Notes: generated by a model not told the origin, from the sequence alone. 64,000 bases of DNA from Pyrinomonadales bacterium (GCA_038257355.1 JBBSJK010000004.1:8637-72636); one strand, 5' to 3'. Positions 18,325 through 29,413 are shown, counted from the first letter of the stretch. Program-made: numbers and translations.

Positions 18325-19863
18325 TTAGAACCATTTGCTCTTGCTCTTTCCGCCGAAGATGCTGCCGAGGACGCCCCTGATGATTGTGGTTCCGATCTGG
18401 CGGCCGATGGAGGAGCTGGCTGAGCGGGCGACACTTTTGGTTATGGATTCTACGAGCGTGTCATTACGGCTCGTGCTTCGCGATGCTTTTGCTTCGGCTT
18501 TGGCTGCCTTTTCTGCTTCTTTTGCGGCTTCGGCTTCGGCCTTGGCGGCGGCTTCGGCTTCGGCAGTTTGCTGCTGTTGGGCGAGCCTTGCGTCGGCGGC
18601 GACCTTAAGTATTTCGTAGGCGGATTCGCGGTCAATGACGTTTTCGTAAACTCCGGCAACCAGTGAATTTGCGATGAGCGCCGACCGCTGCTCCGGCGTG
18701 ATCGGGCCGATCTGGCCGACCGGCGGGACGACGAAGGCCCGGTCAACCATTGATGGAACTCCTTTCTCATCAAGCGTCGAGATCAAAACCTCGCCGACGC
18801 CGAGTTCGGTGATAACTGTTTCTGTATCGAGAGCAGGATTTACACGGAATGAACTCGCGGCGGCCCTGACGCCTTTCTGCTCCTGAGGCGTGTATGCCCT
18901 GAGAGCGTGCTGGACGCGGTTGCCGCATTGCGCGAGAACCTTTTCAGGTATGTCGGCAGGATTTTGCGTGACAAAATATACGCCGACGCCCTTGGAACGA
19001 ATAAGCCGGACGACCTGTTCAACCTTGTCGATCAAAGCCTGCGGAGCATCTGAAAACAGCAGGTGAGCTTCGTCGAAAAAGAAAACGAGTTTCGGCTTGT
19101 CGAGATCACCGGCTTCTGGGAGCGATTCAAAAAGCTCTGAGAGCAGCCAGAGTAGAAAGGTCGAATAGAGTTTCGGAGCGTTGATAAGCTGATCGGCGGC
19201 AAGCAGATTTAATACACCCTTACCGCCGATAGTTTGCATAAAATCTTCAAGCTTGACAGCCGGCTCGCCAAAGAATTGATCGCCGCCTTGTTCGTCTAGC
19301 TGCAAGAGTCCGCGTTGGATCGCTCCGACGGAAGCGGACGAAACATTGCCGTATTTCAGAGTCAGATCGCTCGCATTCTCACCGACAAAAAGCATCAGCG
19401 ACTGGAGATCTTTCAGATCGAGCAACAGCATTCCGTTGTCGTCAGCGTACTTAAACGCAATGGACAAAACGCCTTCCTGCGTATCGTTAAGCTGGAGAAG
19501 TCGCGAGAGCAGGAGTGGACCCATCTCCGAGACAGTCGCCCGTAGCGGGTGTCCGTGCTTACCAAAAACATCCCAAACAGTCGCCGGAAAACCCTCAAAG
19601 ACAGGCGTAATGCCGAGCAACGTGTTACGGGCATCGATCTTCGCGTTTCCGCCGCCGGGCTGTGTGACCCCGGTCAGGTCGCCCTTGATATCGGCCATGA
19701 AAACCGGAACGCCACGCGTGCTAAATCCCTCGGCGATCTTTTGCAGTGTCACGGTCTTCCCCGTTCCAGTCGCACCCGTGATCACGCCATGTCGATTGGC
19801 CATCTGCAGCAAAAGAAAGAAGTCGTTTGCGTCTTTTCTTGCAACGAGTATTGGTTCTGTCAT
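18325..19863 (-). CDS. HerA-like helicase/NTPase domain protein (DUF853, YjgR-like)
   Basis: Walker A '[10 protein letters not shown]', Walker B 'LVFFFDEAH', a low-complexity '[26 protein letters not shown]' linker and the typical C-terminal '[19 protein letters not shown]'. The ATG at 19863 is preferred. Confidence 0.85.
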   Translation of the reverse strand: MTEPILVARKDANDFFLLLQMANRHGVITGATGTGKTVTLQKIAEGFSTRGVPVFMADIKGDLTGVTQPGGGNAKIDARNTLLGITPVFEGFPATVWDVFGKHGHPLRATVSEMGPLLLSRLLQLNDTQEGVLSIAFKYADDNGMLLLDLKDLQSLMLFVGENASDLTLKYGNVSSASVGAIQRGLLQLDEQGGDQFFGEPAVKLEDFMQTIGGKGVLNLLAADQLINAPKLYSTFLLWLLSELFESLPEAGDLDKPKLVFFFDEAHLLFSDAPQALIDKVEQVVRLIRSKGVGVYFVTQNPADIPEKVLAQCGNRVQHALRAYTPQEQKGVRAAASSFRVNPALDTETVITELGVGEVLISTLDEKGVPSMVDRAFVVPPVGQIGPITPEQRSALIANSLVAGVYENVIDRESAYEILKVAADARLAQQQQTAEAEAAAKAEAEAAKEAEKAAKAEAKASRSTSRNDTLVESITKSVARSASSSIGRQIGTTIIRGVLGSIFGGKSKSKWF

Positions 19864-19990
19864 ATATTTCGTCAGACATGCGGGCACCTTGGCCCCAAGT
19901 GTAAGTTTAATCTCTGGCGGGCTGGAAGCCCACCCTCCAGTCAACACCTAAGTGTAAAATAATGTTCCGTATTATATCTGATTTTTCACG

Positions 19991-20020
19991 GGGTCAGTAG
20001 TCCACATGCCGTAAGGGCAT
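19991..20020 (+). repeat. Degenerate copy of the 'gtcagtagcccgcacgtaagtaagggc' REP word
   Basis: 'gggtcagtagtccacatgccgtaagggcat', compared with 23141-23174. Confidence 0.4.
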
Positions 20021-20416
20021 CTGCTCGCCGGACGCCTCCATTTACATTCAGCGTGCTGGCACTTGTTCTGCGAATGGACACTCAAAGTCGAGTGGTTTCC
20101 TGCTTTTATGGTGGTGGAGATTGCTCATTCTTCCCTTTGAGGGCTTTGTGTCTTTTCTCAATGCCCTTTGTGTTAAACGCTTTGTTTTTAACACAAAGAA
20201 CAATAAATGAGGACACAAAGGACACGGAGGCCAGGTCAACAACACAAAATCAGAGCACTACCCAAATTCGACATTTTGCAGTTGTAATTTGTTAAATAGC
20301 TACAAGTATTTCATAATCAATAGTTTTGGATATCCTAGCGTTTTTCGCTCGCGTCTGACAGCGTAAAAATCTCAGACTGCATCTGTTGAACGGCGAGATC
20401 AGAGAATAAAAACAAT

Positions 20417-22537
20417 ATGAACAGCTACGTAATTTATTTAGTTCCCGCTTTAGGGATTTTGGGACTCGTGGTAATGGCTTTCAAATCGGCCTGGGTTAGC
20501 AAGCAGGATGCCGGCGACCCGAACATGCAGGAGCTCGCCGGCTATATCGCCGACGGAGCGATGGCGTTTTTGAAGGCTGAATGGAAGGTGCTTGGAATAT
20601 TTGTTTTTTTCACGGCTATCTTACTTGCCTATTCCGGAACGATCCATGAGATAGATGGTAGAGAAATACATTCTAGCTGGCTGATATCTGTCGCGTTTAT
20701 CATAGGAGCAGTATTTTCAGCGGGGGCCGGATTTATCGGAATGAAGATCGCGACGAAGGCGAATGTTCGTACGACGCAGGCGGCCCGGACTAGTTTGAAG
20801 CATGCGCTGAAGGTGTCTTTTACCGGCGGTACTGTGATGGGGCTCGGTGTTGCTGGTCTTGCGGTTTTGGGCCTGGGCGGCTTGTTCATTGTATTTCTAG
20901 CCATATTTGCCGGGTTGGGTGCGAATCAGGTGAGAACGGCGATTGAGGTTTTGACAGGATTCTCGCTTGGCGCTGAATCAATCGCACTATTCGCACGTGT
21001 AGGCGGCGGAATCTATACCAAGGCGGCTGACGTCGGGGCCGATCTGGTTGGTAAGGTCGAAGCCGGAATCCCAGAAGACGATGTTCGTAATCCCGCCACT
21101 ATCGCTGATAACGTCGGCGACAATGTTGGCGATGTCGCCGGTATGGGAGCCGATCTATTTGGTTCTTATGTGGCGACTATCCTGGCAACGATGGTTTTGG
21201 GTCAGGAGATCAGGGTAAATGATGCCTTTGGCGGTATGTCGGCGATTCTCTTGCCGATGGTGATTTGCGGTCTCGGAATTGTTTTCTCTATCGTCGGGTT
21301 CTGGTTCGTAACTATAAAGGATGATAAATCCAGCGTTCAAAAGGCAATGAACATCGGAAACTGGGCGTCGATGATACTGACGGTGATCGCCTCGTACTTT
21401 GTCGTAATGTGGATGCTGCCTGACGGGCAGATAACGCTGCGAACAACATCCTTCGATAAATACGGCGTTTTCGCGGCCATCGTTGTTGGCACCATCGTCG
21501 GAGCGATCATGAGCATCGTTACCGAATATTACACGTCAATGGGTAAAAAACCGGTCAACTCGATCATTCAACAGTCGTCGACCGGACACGCGACTAATAT
21601 AATCGCCGGTCTGTCCGTCGGTATGAAATCGACTGTTATCCCGATCCTGACTCTGGCCGGCGGCATCATCGCTTCTTATTATTTTGCCGGATTGTACGGC
21701 GTTGCTATAGCAGCGGCGGGCATGATGGCGACGACTGCAATGCAGCTAGCCATCGACGCATTTGGTCCGATTGCCGACAACGCAGGCGGTATTGCCGAGA
21801 TGAGTCGGTTGTCACCTGATGTGCGTGAGCGTACGGACAATTTGGATGCGGTCGGTAATACGACGGCTGCGACCGGTAAGGGTTTTGCTATCGCCTCTGC
21901 CGCATTAACATCACTCGCCCTATTTGCGGCATTTGTAGGTATGGCGGGAATTAATGCCATTGATATTTACAAAGCTCCGGTACTTGCGGGCCTTTTTGTA
22001 GGCGGTATGATCCCGTTCATCTTCTCAGCCCTCTGTATTCAGGCAGTCGGTAAGGCCGCCATGGAAATGGTGCAGGAAGTCCGCCGCCAGTTCCGCGAGA
22101 TTCCGGGGATCATGGAATACGAAAACAAACCAGAATACGAAAAATGCGTAGCGATCTCAACCAAAGCATCCCTGCGTGAAATGATGATGCCGGGAGCTAT
22201 CGCTCTGATCACTCCGGTGATCGTTGGTTTTACAATGGGACCCGAAGTTTTAGGCGGGCTGTTGGCAGGCGTTACCGTAACCGGCGTCCTGATGGGAATC
22301 TTCCAATCAAACGCTGGAGGTGCATGGGACAATGCGAAAAAGTCTTTTGAAAACGGAGTCATGATCGACGGAGAAATGGTCTATAAAGGCTCTGAAGCGC
22401 ACAAGGCATCCGTCACGGGCGATACGGTCGGCGATCCATTCAAAGATACATCAGGCCCGTCTATGAATATTCTGATCAAGTTGATGTCGATCGTGTCACT
22501 CGTGATCGCTCCGTATATTTACGGGATCGGGCAATAG
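20417..22537 (+). CDS. hppA: Membrane-bound ion-translocating pyrophosphatase
   Basis: 706-aa polytopic protein with '[20 protein letters not shown]', '[18 protein letters not shown]' and '[14 protein letters not shown]'. Confidence 0.95.
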   Translation: MNSYVIYLVPALGILGLVVMAFKSAWVSKQDAGDPNMQELAGYIADGAMAFLKAEWKVLGIFVFFTAILLAYSGTIHEIDGREIHSSWLISVAFIIGAVFSAGAGFIGMKIATKANVRTTQAARTSLKHALKVSFTGGTVMGLGVAGLAVLGLGGLFIVFLAIFAGLGANQVRTAIEVLTGFSLGAESIALFARVGGGIYTKAADVGADLVGKVEAGIPEDDVRNPATIADNVGDNVGDVAGMGADLFGSYVATILATMVLGQEIRVNDAFGGMSAILLPMVICGLGIVFSIVGFWFVTIKDDKSSVQKAMNIGNWASMILTVIASYFVVMWMLPDGQITLRTTSFDKYGVFAAIVVGTIVGAIMSIVTEYYTSMGKKPVNSIIQQSSTGHATNIIAGLSVGMKSTVIPILTLAGGIIASYYFAGLYGVAIAAAGMMATTAMQLAIDAFGPIADNAGGIAEMSRLSPDVRERTDNLDAVGNTTAATGKGFAIASAALTSLALFAAFVGMAGINAIDIYKAPVLAGLFVGGMIPFIFSALCIQAVGKAAMEMVQEVRRQFREIPGIMEYENKPEYEKCVAISTKASLREMMMPGAIALITPVIVGFTMGPEVLGGLLAGVTVTGVLMGIFQSNAGGAWDNAKKSFENGVMIDGEMVYKGSEAHKASVTGDTVGDPFKDTSGPSMNILIKLMSIVSLVIAPYIYGIGQ

Positions 22538-22562
22538 TATTATTCTATCCAGACCGTTTGCA

Positions 22563-22589
22563 AGGATCGGCCTCGGCTGATCCTTTTTA
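22563..22589 (+). terminator. Rho-independent terminator after hppA
   Basis: 'aggatc ggcctcggct gatcct' followed by 'ttttt'. Confidence 0.6.
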
Positions 22590-22622
22590 CGTTAAGATCG
22601 TTGCATGTGAGAGGTTTGACTT

Positions 22623-23138
22623 ATGCAAATCCTGGAGGTTGTCAGACACAATCCTCATTGGCGAGATCTGTTCGAGACCGAAGCAAGGCATATTGCTGCC
22701 GCGCTCGGCGAAAATGTCATTGCCATCCACCATATCGGCAGCACAGCCATCCCTAATATATATGCGAAACCTGTGATCGATTTTTTAGTCGAGGTTGGCG
22801 ACATCGACGAAGTGGATACGCAAAGTTCAGCAATGAGGTCGCTCCGATATGAAGTGATGGGTGAATTCGGCATGCCCGGTCGCCGGTACTTTCGCAAAGA
22901 TGATAAAGCGAGAGTCAGAACGCATCAGATCCATACATTCGAGACCGGTTCGCCGGATCTCGAACGCCACCTCGCGTTTCGCGACTACCTGAACGCCCAC
23001 CCGGAAGACGCGAAAAGATATAGTGACCTAAAGAGAATGCTTGCGGCAGAACACTCGCAAAACCCCGACGGATATATGGACGGTAAAGATGGTTTCATCA
23101 AAGAAATCGATATCAAGGCGGCACAGTGGACACCGTAG
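22623..23138 (+). CDS. GrpB family protein
   Basis: 'IHHIGSTAIPNIYAKPVIDFLVEV' and 'HLAFRDYLNAHPEDAKRYSDLK' are GrpB/UPF0157 hallmarks. Confidence 0.85.
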   Translation: MQILEVVRHNPHWRDLFETEARHIAAALGENVIAIHHIGSTAIPNIYAKPVIDFLVEVGDIDEVDTQSSAMRSLRYEVMGEFGMPGRRYFRKDDKARVRTHQIHTFETGSPDLERHLAFRDYLNAHPEDAKRYSDLKRMLAAEHSQNPDGYMDGKDGFIKEIDIKAAQWTP

Positions 23139-23140
23139 GC

Positions 23141-23382
23141 CGTGTCAGTAGCCCGCACGTAAGTAAGGGCCACCCAGGCCAAACAGATGTACGACGAATT
23201 CTTCCGCCTCTGGCCTGGCGCCGACGCAGATATTCCTGTTGATCGAGGCGAGAAAGGAATACGCAAAGCTATGATTGCTCGGCCGTGTCCGTAGCCCCCA
23301 TGTGTCAGCGGCCCGCACGTAAGTAAGGGGCGCCTAGCGAGAAAGCCGGGTGGCCCTTACTTACGTGCGGGCTACTGACACG
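23141..23382. mobile_element. MITE-like element bounded by 34-bp perfect terminal inverted repeats, with a nested third repeat copy
   Basis: 23141-23174 'cgtgtcagtagcccgcacgtaagtaagggccacc' is the exact reverse complement of 23349-23382. An extra direct copy at 23302-23330 forms a 19-bp perfect stem (23311-23329 / 23354-23372). No credible ORF lies inside. Confidence 0.55.
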
Positions 23383-23458
23383 TGTGTGCGACGGGCTACC
23401 GCCGCGTTACGTTTGACTAGCGCCTCAAACACAGGCTAACTTATTGTGAGTCAATAAT

Positions 23459-26221
23459 ATGTCTACTAAATCGCGAGACTCGTTCGCTCACTATGAAAAG
23501 CTCTCGCAGATCGGGTCTGGAGGTATGGGCGACGTGTATCTGGCCGACGACACCAAGCTCGGCCGTAAGGTTGCGATCAAATTCCTGAATGAGAAATTCA
23601 GCAAAGACGAGGCGCTCCTAAATCGGTTTAAGCAGGAGGCTAAAGCCGCATCAGCTCTCAACCATCCGAACATCCTCACCGTTTACGAGATCGGCGAACA
23701 CGACGGCTCGCATTATATAGCGACCGAGTTTATTGACGGCAAAACACTTCGCGAACGGATGAAGGATAGGCTCACGTTCGACGAGACGCTTTCGATCGGT
23801 GTACAGACAGCGGAAGCCCTCTCTGCGGCGCATCATGCCGGGATCGTTCATCGCGACATCAAGCCCGAAAACATAATGATCCGTTCCGACGGTTATGTGA
23901 AGGTCCTTGATTTTGGATTAGCGAAACTAACCGAAATGTTTAATCCGGACGGCGAGGGGGAAACCAAAAAATTAGTAAAAACCAATCCGGGCGTGGTTAT
24001 GGGGACGGTGGCGTACATGTCGCCGGAGCAAGCTCGCGGCAAGAATACTGACGCTCGCTCCGATGTCTTCAGCTTTGGCATCGTGCTGTATGAAATCCTC
24101 ACCGGAAAAGTTCCCTTTGCCGGAGAAACCATGACTGACGTTCTGTCGTCGATCATCAGTTCCGAACCGCAGCCGATAACCAGTCTCGCGCCTCACCTGC
24201 CGCGCGAGTTGCAGCGAATCGTCCAAAAGACTCTGAAGAAAAAGCGCGAGCAGCGATACCAGTCAACGCGCGACCTTCTTGTCGATCTAAAGGAATTACG
24301 CGATGAACTGCAGCTCGAAGCAAAACTCGAACAGACCGCGGTTCCTAATAAACCCGCCACAAGCCAGACGAGCGCGCCCCGCCATTCGACGAGTTCGGGC
24401 AGCGGCATTAAAGACTCTCTTTTACTAACTGAATTTGAGAATACGACCGGCGAGGCGATCTTTGACCAGACACTCAAAATGGCGCTTGCTTTTTCGCTCG
24501 CTCAGTCGCCGTTTCTCGACATCGTGCCGGATTCCCGCGTAGCCCAAACGCTGCGACTTATGGGGCGCAAGCCGGATCAGCGCGTCACCAAGGAATTGGG
24601 TGAAGAGATCTGCATGCGGCAGAATCTAAAGGCGTTTATCTCCGGATCGATATCGAGTTTTGGCTCGATCTACGTCTTAACCCTTGAGGCGGTAAATGCA
24701 CGGACGAATGAAAGTCTCGGACGAGAGTTTGAACAGGTGAATTCGCGTGAGGAAGTACTAAATGCTCTTGGACGTGCCGCGACGGGCATACGCGAAAAGC
24801 TCGGCGAAAGTTTAGGTTCTATCGAAAAATTCAACGTTCCCGGCGAGTCCATTACGACCTCGTCGTTAGAGGCGTTGAAGATATTTGTGCTCGGCAGAGA
24901 ACAGATCGTAAACGGACGGCAGTTCGAAGCGATCCCGTTTTACAAAAAAGCACTGGAGATAGACCCCGAATTCGCTTTGGCCTACACCGAGCTGGCTGTC
25001 GTCTATCGCAATACCGATCAATGGAAATTGGCTGCTGAAATGACCGCAAAGGCCTACGAACTCCGCGACTCGGTAAGCGAGACAGAAAAGCTCCGCATCA
25101 CCTACTACTATCACAATTTTGTCGTCGGCGAGATGGATAAGGCAACCGATACGCTTGAATTGTGGCGAAGCACGTACCCGACATTCGTCGTGTCGTACGT
25201 CAGCCTTTCTGACTCGATGGAAAGACTCGGACAATCGGAAAAAGCGGTCGCATTCGCCCGTGAAGGCATGCGGCTTGATCCTAACTATGCCACGATCTGC
25301 ATGAACCTCGTGGAATCTCTCGTCTCGCTCGGCCGCTACGAAGAAGCGAAGGAAACTTGCCGACAGGCGTTTGAAAGAAAACTGGACGGAACTTATTTTC
25401 ACCTTTTTATGTTAATGGTGGGGTTCATTGAAAATGACTCGGGCGCGATGGCCGAACACTTGCGGTGGTTTGCGGGCCGCGATGACGAATATATTGCACT
25501 TGATGTCCAGGCCGGAGCAGCCGCATTTAAGGGACAATGGCGTACGGCACAGGATTTTTCCCGCCGGGCAATCGATCTCGCGGGGCACAGCAATGCTAGG
25601 GAGGTCGCGGCTAAATTTGCTGGTGAACAGGCTCTGCGAATTGTATTTTGGAGCTCCGGTACCGGACTGCCTGCGACGGACGACAGCCAGCTAAAGCCGG
25701 TCTTGAAAGCGCAAGCGAACAAAGCACTTAACCTGGAGCGAGGGCAGCGAGTCGTTATTGTAACCGCCCTTGCCCTGGCGGTTGCAGGCCAGGCGGAAGG
25801 GGCAAATGAACTTGCTGCTGAGCTATCTGCGGAACGCCCGAAGGACACACTCCTAAACCACCTTTGGCTGCCCACCATAAAGGCCGCTTCTCTGCTACAG
25901 AGCGGCAAGGCAAAAGAGGCGATTGAGGAACTTGAGATTACCGAACGTCTGGAAAAAGCGGCCGAATTTTATCCTCAATTCCTGCGCGGCCTCGCATATT
26001 TAAAATTGAACAAGGCGAAAGACGCCGTCCGCGAATTCGACAAAATCCTCGATCACCGCGGCGAAGCTCCGCTCTCGTCCGTCTACCCGCTTGCCCAACT
26101 CGGTAAAGCACGGGCCACGAAAGACAAGGCCGAATACGAAAAATTCTTCGAACTCTGGAAAGACGCAGACAAAGACATGCCCGCGCTCACTGCCGCCCGA
26201 GAAGAGGCGGAAAAGCTCTAG
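23459..26221 (+). CDS. Ser/Thr protein kinase with a large C-terminal TPR-like domain
   Basis: 'GSGGMGDVY', 'VAIK', 'HRDIKPEN', 'DFGLAK' and 'YMSPEQ', followed by about 600 aa of helical repeats. Confidence 0.9.
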   Translation: MSTKSRDSFAHYEKLSQIGSGGMGDVYLADDTKLGRKVAIKFLNEKFSKDEALLNRFKQEAKAASALNHPNILTVYEIGEHDGSHYIATEFIDGKTLRERMKDRLTFDETLSIGVQTAEALSAAHHAGIVHRDIKPENIMIRSDGYVKVLDFGLAKLTEMFNPDGEGETKKLVKTNPGVVMGTVAYMSPEQARGKNTDARSDVFSFGIVLYEILTGKVPFAGETMTDVLSSIISSEPQPITSLAPHLPRELQRIVQKTLKKKREQRYQSTRDLLVDLKELRDELQLEAKLEQTAVPNKPATSQTSAPRHSTSSGSGIKDSLLLTEFENTTGEAIFDQTLKMALAFSLAQSPFLDIVPDSRVAQTLRLMGRKPDQRVTKELGEEICMRQNLKAFISGSISSFGSIYVLTLEAVNARTNESLGREFEQVNSREEVLNALGRAATGIREKLGESLGSIEKFNVPGESITTSSLEALKIFVLGREQIVNGRQFEAIPFYKKALEIDPEFALAYTELAVVYRNTDQWKLAAEMTAKAYELRDSVSETEKLRITYYYHNFVVGEMDKATDTLELWRSTYPTFVVSYVSLSDSMERLGQSEKAVAFAREGMRLDPNYATICMNLVESLVSLGRYEEAKETCRQAFERKLDGTYFHLFMLMVGFIENDSGAMAEHLRWFAGRDDEYIALDVQAGAAAFKGQWRTAQDFSRRAIDLAGHSNAREVAAKFAGEQALRIVFWSSGTGLPATDDSQLKPVLKAQANKALNLERGQRVVIVTALALAVAGQAEGANELAAELSAERPKDTLLNHLWLPTIKAASLLQSGKAKEAIEELEITERLEKAAEFYPQFLRGLAYLKLNKAKDAVREFDKILDHRGEAPLSSVYPLAQLGKARATKDKAEYEKFFELWKDADKDMPALTAAREEAEKL

Positions 26222-26240
26222 CCCCAACGGTCGAGAACGA

Positions 26241-27338
26241 TTAATTTCTCATTAGTTCGATAAACCGTTCAAAAAGATATTCAGAATCATGTGGTCCGGG
26301 AGCTGATTCGGGATGATATTGGACGGAAAAGACCGGGAGAGTTTTATGCCGCAGGCCGGCAACGGTTTGGTCGTTGAGGTTTATGTGCGTTACCTCGACA
26401 TCGGCGGGTAGCGAATCCTTGTCGACGGCGAAGCCGTGGTTGTGGGCGGTTATTTCGATTCGGCCTGTGGCCAGGTCTTTGATGGGTTGGTTGCCGCCGC
26501 GGTGGCCGAATTTTAGTTTGTAGGTCGATCCGCCGAAGGCTTCGCCGAGGAGTTGGTGGCCGAGACAGATGCCGAAGATCGGCGTTTGGCTCGTCGTGAG
26601 CTTTTTGATCTCTTCGACGACGGAATGCATCGAAGCCGGATCGCCCGGGCCGTTCGAGAGGAAAATTCCATCGGGTTTGAGAGCCATTGTATCGGCGGCG
26701 GACGTGTCCGATGGAACGACCGTGACGCGGCAGCCATGTTTGGCAAACTCACGCAGGCTGTTTGTCTTTACACCAAAATCATAGGCGACGATGTGATACC
26801 TCTCGGTTACTGATTCGGTCGATTCGTAAACATAGCTTTTCTTGACGGTCACCTCGCTGGCCAGTTCGCGGTTAGCCATTTCCGGCGAAGCGATGACCTT
26901 ATTCAAAAGTGATTTTGCATCGAGATCGATAGTCGAGATCGCGGAGCGCATCGCACCTTTATCGCGAATATGGCGAACCAACGCCCTTGTATCGATATGC
27001 TCTATCCCAACGATGTTATTTTGCTCTAAATAGTCCTGCAGAGAGGAGGTTGCCCGAAAGTTAGAAACTATACGGCTGGACTCGCGAACCACGAAACCTT
27101 CGACCCACGGCCGTCGGGATTCGACATCTTCTTCGTTCACACCATAATTCCCAATGAGCGGATAGGTCATACAGACTATCTGTCCAGCATAACTCGGGTC
27201 GGTCAATATCTCCTGATATCCCGACATTGAGGTATTAAAGACCATCTCGCCAAACGCCTCGCCATCCGCGCCAAAAGACGCACCGTTAAAAGTGCGTCCA
27301 TCTTCGAGAACCAAAATCGCTTTCCTTGCCAAACTCAT
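26241..27338 (-). CDS. carA: Carbamoyl-phosphate synthase small (glutaminase) subunit
   Basis: 'LEDGRTFNG', 'GICLGHQLL' catalytic Cys and 'HNHGFAV'. Confidence 0.95.
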   Translation of the reverse strand: MSLARKAILVLEDGRTFNGASFGADGEAFGEMVFNTSMSGYQEILTDPSYAGQIVCMTYPLIGNYGVNEEDVESRRPWVEGFVVRESSRIVSNFRATSSLQDYLEQNNIVGIEHIDTRALVRHIRDKGAMRSAISTIDLDAKSLLNKVIASPEMANRELASEVTVKKSYVYESTESVTERYHIVAYDFGVKTNSLREFAKHGCRVTVVPSDTSAADTMALKPDGIFLSNGPGDPASMHSVVEEIKKLTTSQTPIFGICLGHQLLGEAFGGSTYKLKFGHRGGNQPIKDLATGRIEITAHNHGFAVDKDSLPADVEVTHINLNDQTVAGLRHKTLPVFSVQYHPESAPGPHDSEYLFERFIELMRN

Positions 27339-27410
27339 CGTAGGGACATTTTACCGTAGATTAGCTGAGATGCGGAATAATGAACTCAAGAAAATAATAA
27401 CGGGTTGATA

Positions 27411-27459
27411 CAGATTAACGCGGATAAGAGGAATTAATAAAACAATTCGTGTTAATCTG
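27411..27459. repeat. Intergenic palindromic element of the 'cagattaacgcg' family
   Basis: 'cagattaacgcg' (27411-27422) pairs with 'cgtgttaatctg' (27448-27459), 11/12 complementary. It sits just 3' of lepB. Confidence 0.5.
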
Positions 27460-27482
27460 CGTCACTCCGTTGTTGCAGTTTC

Positions 27483-28184
27483 TTATCTGTCTTCAGCTCT
27501 CAGATCTTCCTTCTTCGCGGGCGGCTGGGCGTTTTCGTATTCGCCGTGTTCTAAGAATCCGATGCTCGAAGGTTTCCAATATCTAAAAAACGCTTTACCG
27601 TAGATGTATTTTTCGGGCACAAGGCCCCAATATCGCGAGTCTGACGAATTATCCCGATTATCGCCCATTACAAAATAATGGTGTTCATCGACCTTTTTTA
27701 CCGACGAACTTGGCAGCGACTGATTATATTCCTGACCGAGATAATCTTCGTTAAGTTGGTTGCCGTTAACAAAGACGCGGCCATTTCGTATTTCAACGGT
27801 TTCGCCCGGCAGTCCAATTACGCGTTTGACGTAGCTTTTGTCCGGATCGTTTGGAAACCAGAATACGACAATATCACCGCGTTCTATGTGGCCCCAACTT
27901 ACACTCTGTATGCGGTAATAAACTAACTTGTTGACCAGCAGACGCTCGCCATCATGCAATTGGGGCAGCATCGACGTGCCCTCAACCACGACCGGCTGTA
28001 CAAAAAAGACGCCGAAGAGGATAAAAACGATGATAATTAAAAATATATCGCGCACCAGCTTAAAACCCTCGGACCAAAGGCCCTGACGTGACTCTCGGGC
28101 AAGATGTGTTACCTCGATATCGCGGTCGTCCAGAACCGAAACGAATCCAAACTCAGATTGGTTTTTTTTTCGCAAATCTAACAT
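27483..28184 (-). CDS. lepB: Signal peptidase I
   Basis: 'EGTSMLP' Ser box, 'KRVIGLPGE' Lys box and 'GDNRDNSSDSRYWG'. Confidence 0.9.
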   Translation of the reverse strand: MLDLRKKNQSEFGFVSVLDDRDIEVTHLARESRQGLWSEGFKLVRDIFLIIIVFILFGVFFVQPVVVEGTSMLPQLHDGERLLVNKLVYYRIQSVSWGHIERGDIVVFWFPNDPDKSYVKRVIGLPGETVEIRNGRVFVNGNQLNEDYLGQEYNQSLPSSSVKKVDEHHYFVMGDNRDNSSDSRYWGLVPEKYIYGKAFFRYWKPSSIGFLEHGEYENAQPPAKKEDLRAEDR

Positions 28185-28285
28185 AATCTAGACTTATCAG
28201 CCGTTAATAAACGGGGCGTTGTTAGCCCGCATCTCAATCTTTTATAATCCGCTTTGACGACTGGTTTTGTCAAAAGAAAATTGAT

Positions 28286-29413
28286 ATGAATGATGCCATT
28301 CGCAAGCTTTTCCCAGCCGCCCAACAATATACATATTTGAACAGCGCCGCCGTCTCGCCAATTCCTACGACCGCTATCGAAGCGATAAAATGGCAGTTAG
28401 CCGATGTTGCTGCACACGGATCAATCCATTTTAACGATTGGGTCGACACCAAGGGCCGTGCGCGTTCGCTGATAGCTGAGATGCTAAAAGTACGGCCTGA
28501 GCAGGTTGCTTTTTTAAGGAATACATCCGATGGCTTTGCCTCGATCGCCAACGGTCTAACCTGGCAAGCCGGCGACAACATCGTTAGCTTTGAACGCGAA
28601 TTTCCTGCAAATTTCTACGCATGGCGGCGTTTAAGGGACGAATTCGGAGTTGAGCTACGGCTCTGTCCAGAGCGTGATGGACGCATAGATCTCGATGAGC
28701 TTGTTTCTCTCATTGATCCAAATACCAAGGTTGTTTCGATCAGCGCAGTTCAATACGCATCTGGTTTCAAGGCTGATCTCGAACGTATCGGCTGCGCCGC
28801 ACGAGCAGTCGATGCATTGTTTTGCGTCGATATTATTCAAGGCTTTGGCGCAATGCCATTTGATTTACCAGCCCAGTTAGTCGATGCCGCCTGCGGTGCA
28901 AGCCACAAATGGCTCTGCGCTCCCGAGGGCTGTGGGATATTTTTTCTCTCAGATCGTGCCCGTGATCGTGTTAAACCGACGCTTGTTGGCTGGATCAGTG
29001 TCGAAATGCCGTGGGATTTCGAGGATCGCACACAACCCTTCAAATCGACCGCCCTTGCCTGGGAAAGCGGAACCGGTGCCGCATCTTTATTCTACGGCCT
29101 TGAACAAAGCCTAAAATTGCTCCACGAGACGGGATTCGAAAATATCGAGAGCCATCTCAACTTACTTTCAGATCACCTTTGCGACAGTCTAGCTGCCAAA
29201 AATTACGAAATAGTAAGTTCACGTGCCGCTGGCGAAAAATCGGCGATCGTATGTCTGAAACACCCCAGCGGCATCCCAGCTAATCAAATCGCCTCCAATC
29301 TTGAGAACAATAAAATTATCGTTAGTCCACGCGGTGACCGCCTGCGTATCGCCCCTCATTTTTATAATAATATTGAGGATATTGAACGGTTAGTAAAAGC
29401 TCTGCCAAGCTGA
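28286..29413 (+). CDS. Aminotransferase class V-fold PLP-dependent enzyme (cysteine desulfurase/selenocysteine lyase-like)
   Basis: 375 aa with 'YLNSAAVSP' and 'SHKWLCAPEGCG' (PLP-Lys region). Confidence 0.8.
   Translation: MNDAIRKLFPAAQQYTYLNSAAVSPIPTTAIEAIKWQLADVAAHGSIHFNDWVDTKGRARSLIAEMLKVRPEQVAFLRNTSDGFASIANGLTWQAGDNIVSFEREFPANFYAWRRLRDEFGVELRLCPERDGRIDLDELVSLIDPNTKVVSISAVQYASGFKADLERIGCAARAVDALFCVDIIQGFGAMPFDLPAQLVDAACGASHKWLCAPEGCGIFFLSDRARDRVKPTLVGWISVEMPWDFEDRTQPFKSTALAWESGTGAASLFYGLEQSLKLLHETGFENIESHLNLLSDHLCDSLAAKNYEIVSSRAAGEKSAIVCLKHPSGIPANQIASNLENNKIIVSPRGDRLRIAPHFYNNIEDIERLVKALPS

Noticed and set aside
17934-18434. Full 166-aa version of the minus-strand ORF
   Set aside because: Its first 45 codons overlap the C-terminus of the DUF853 gene in another frame and are Pro/Ala/Ser-rich. 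Only the part from Met-46 (18299) is kept, as a low-confidence membrane ORF.
20057-20071. Sigma-54 promoter-like 'TGGCAC-N5-CTGC'
   Set aside because: The spacing is right, but the -12 element is CTGC rather than TTGC. It lies about 345 nt from hppA inside repeat DNA, and no enhancer-binding protein is nearby. It is mentioned only as part of the leader finding.
23141-23382. CRISPR array
   Set aside because: There are only three copies, one of them inverted, with no regular spacer periodicity and no cas genes in the window.
25399-25908. 169-aa minus-strand ORF (similar cases at 24866-25402, 39012-39922, 46127-46654, 1175-1720)
   Set aside because: All of these are antisense to long CDSs with diagnostic motifs (kinase, SpoIID, TonB-C-like, Wzc). 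I treat them as shadow ORFs.
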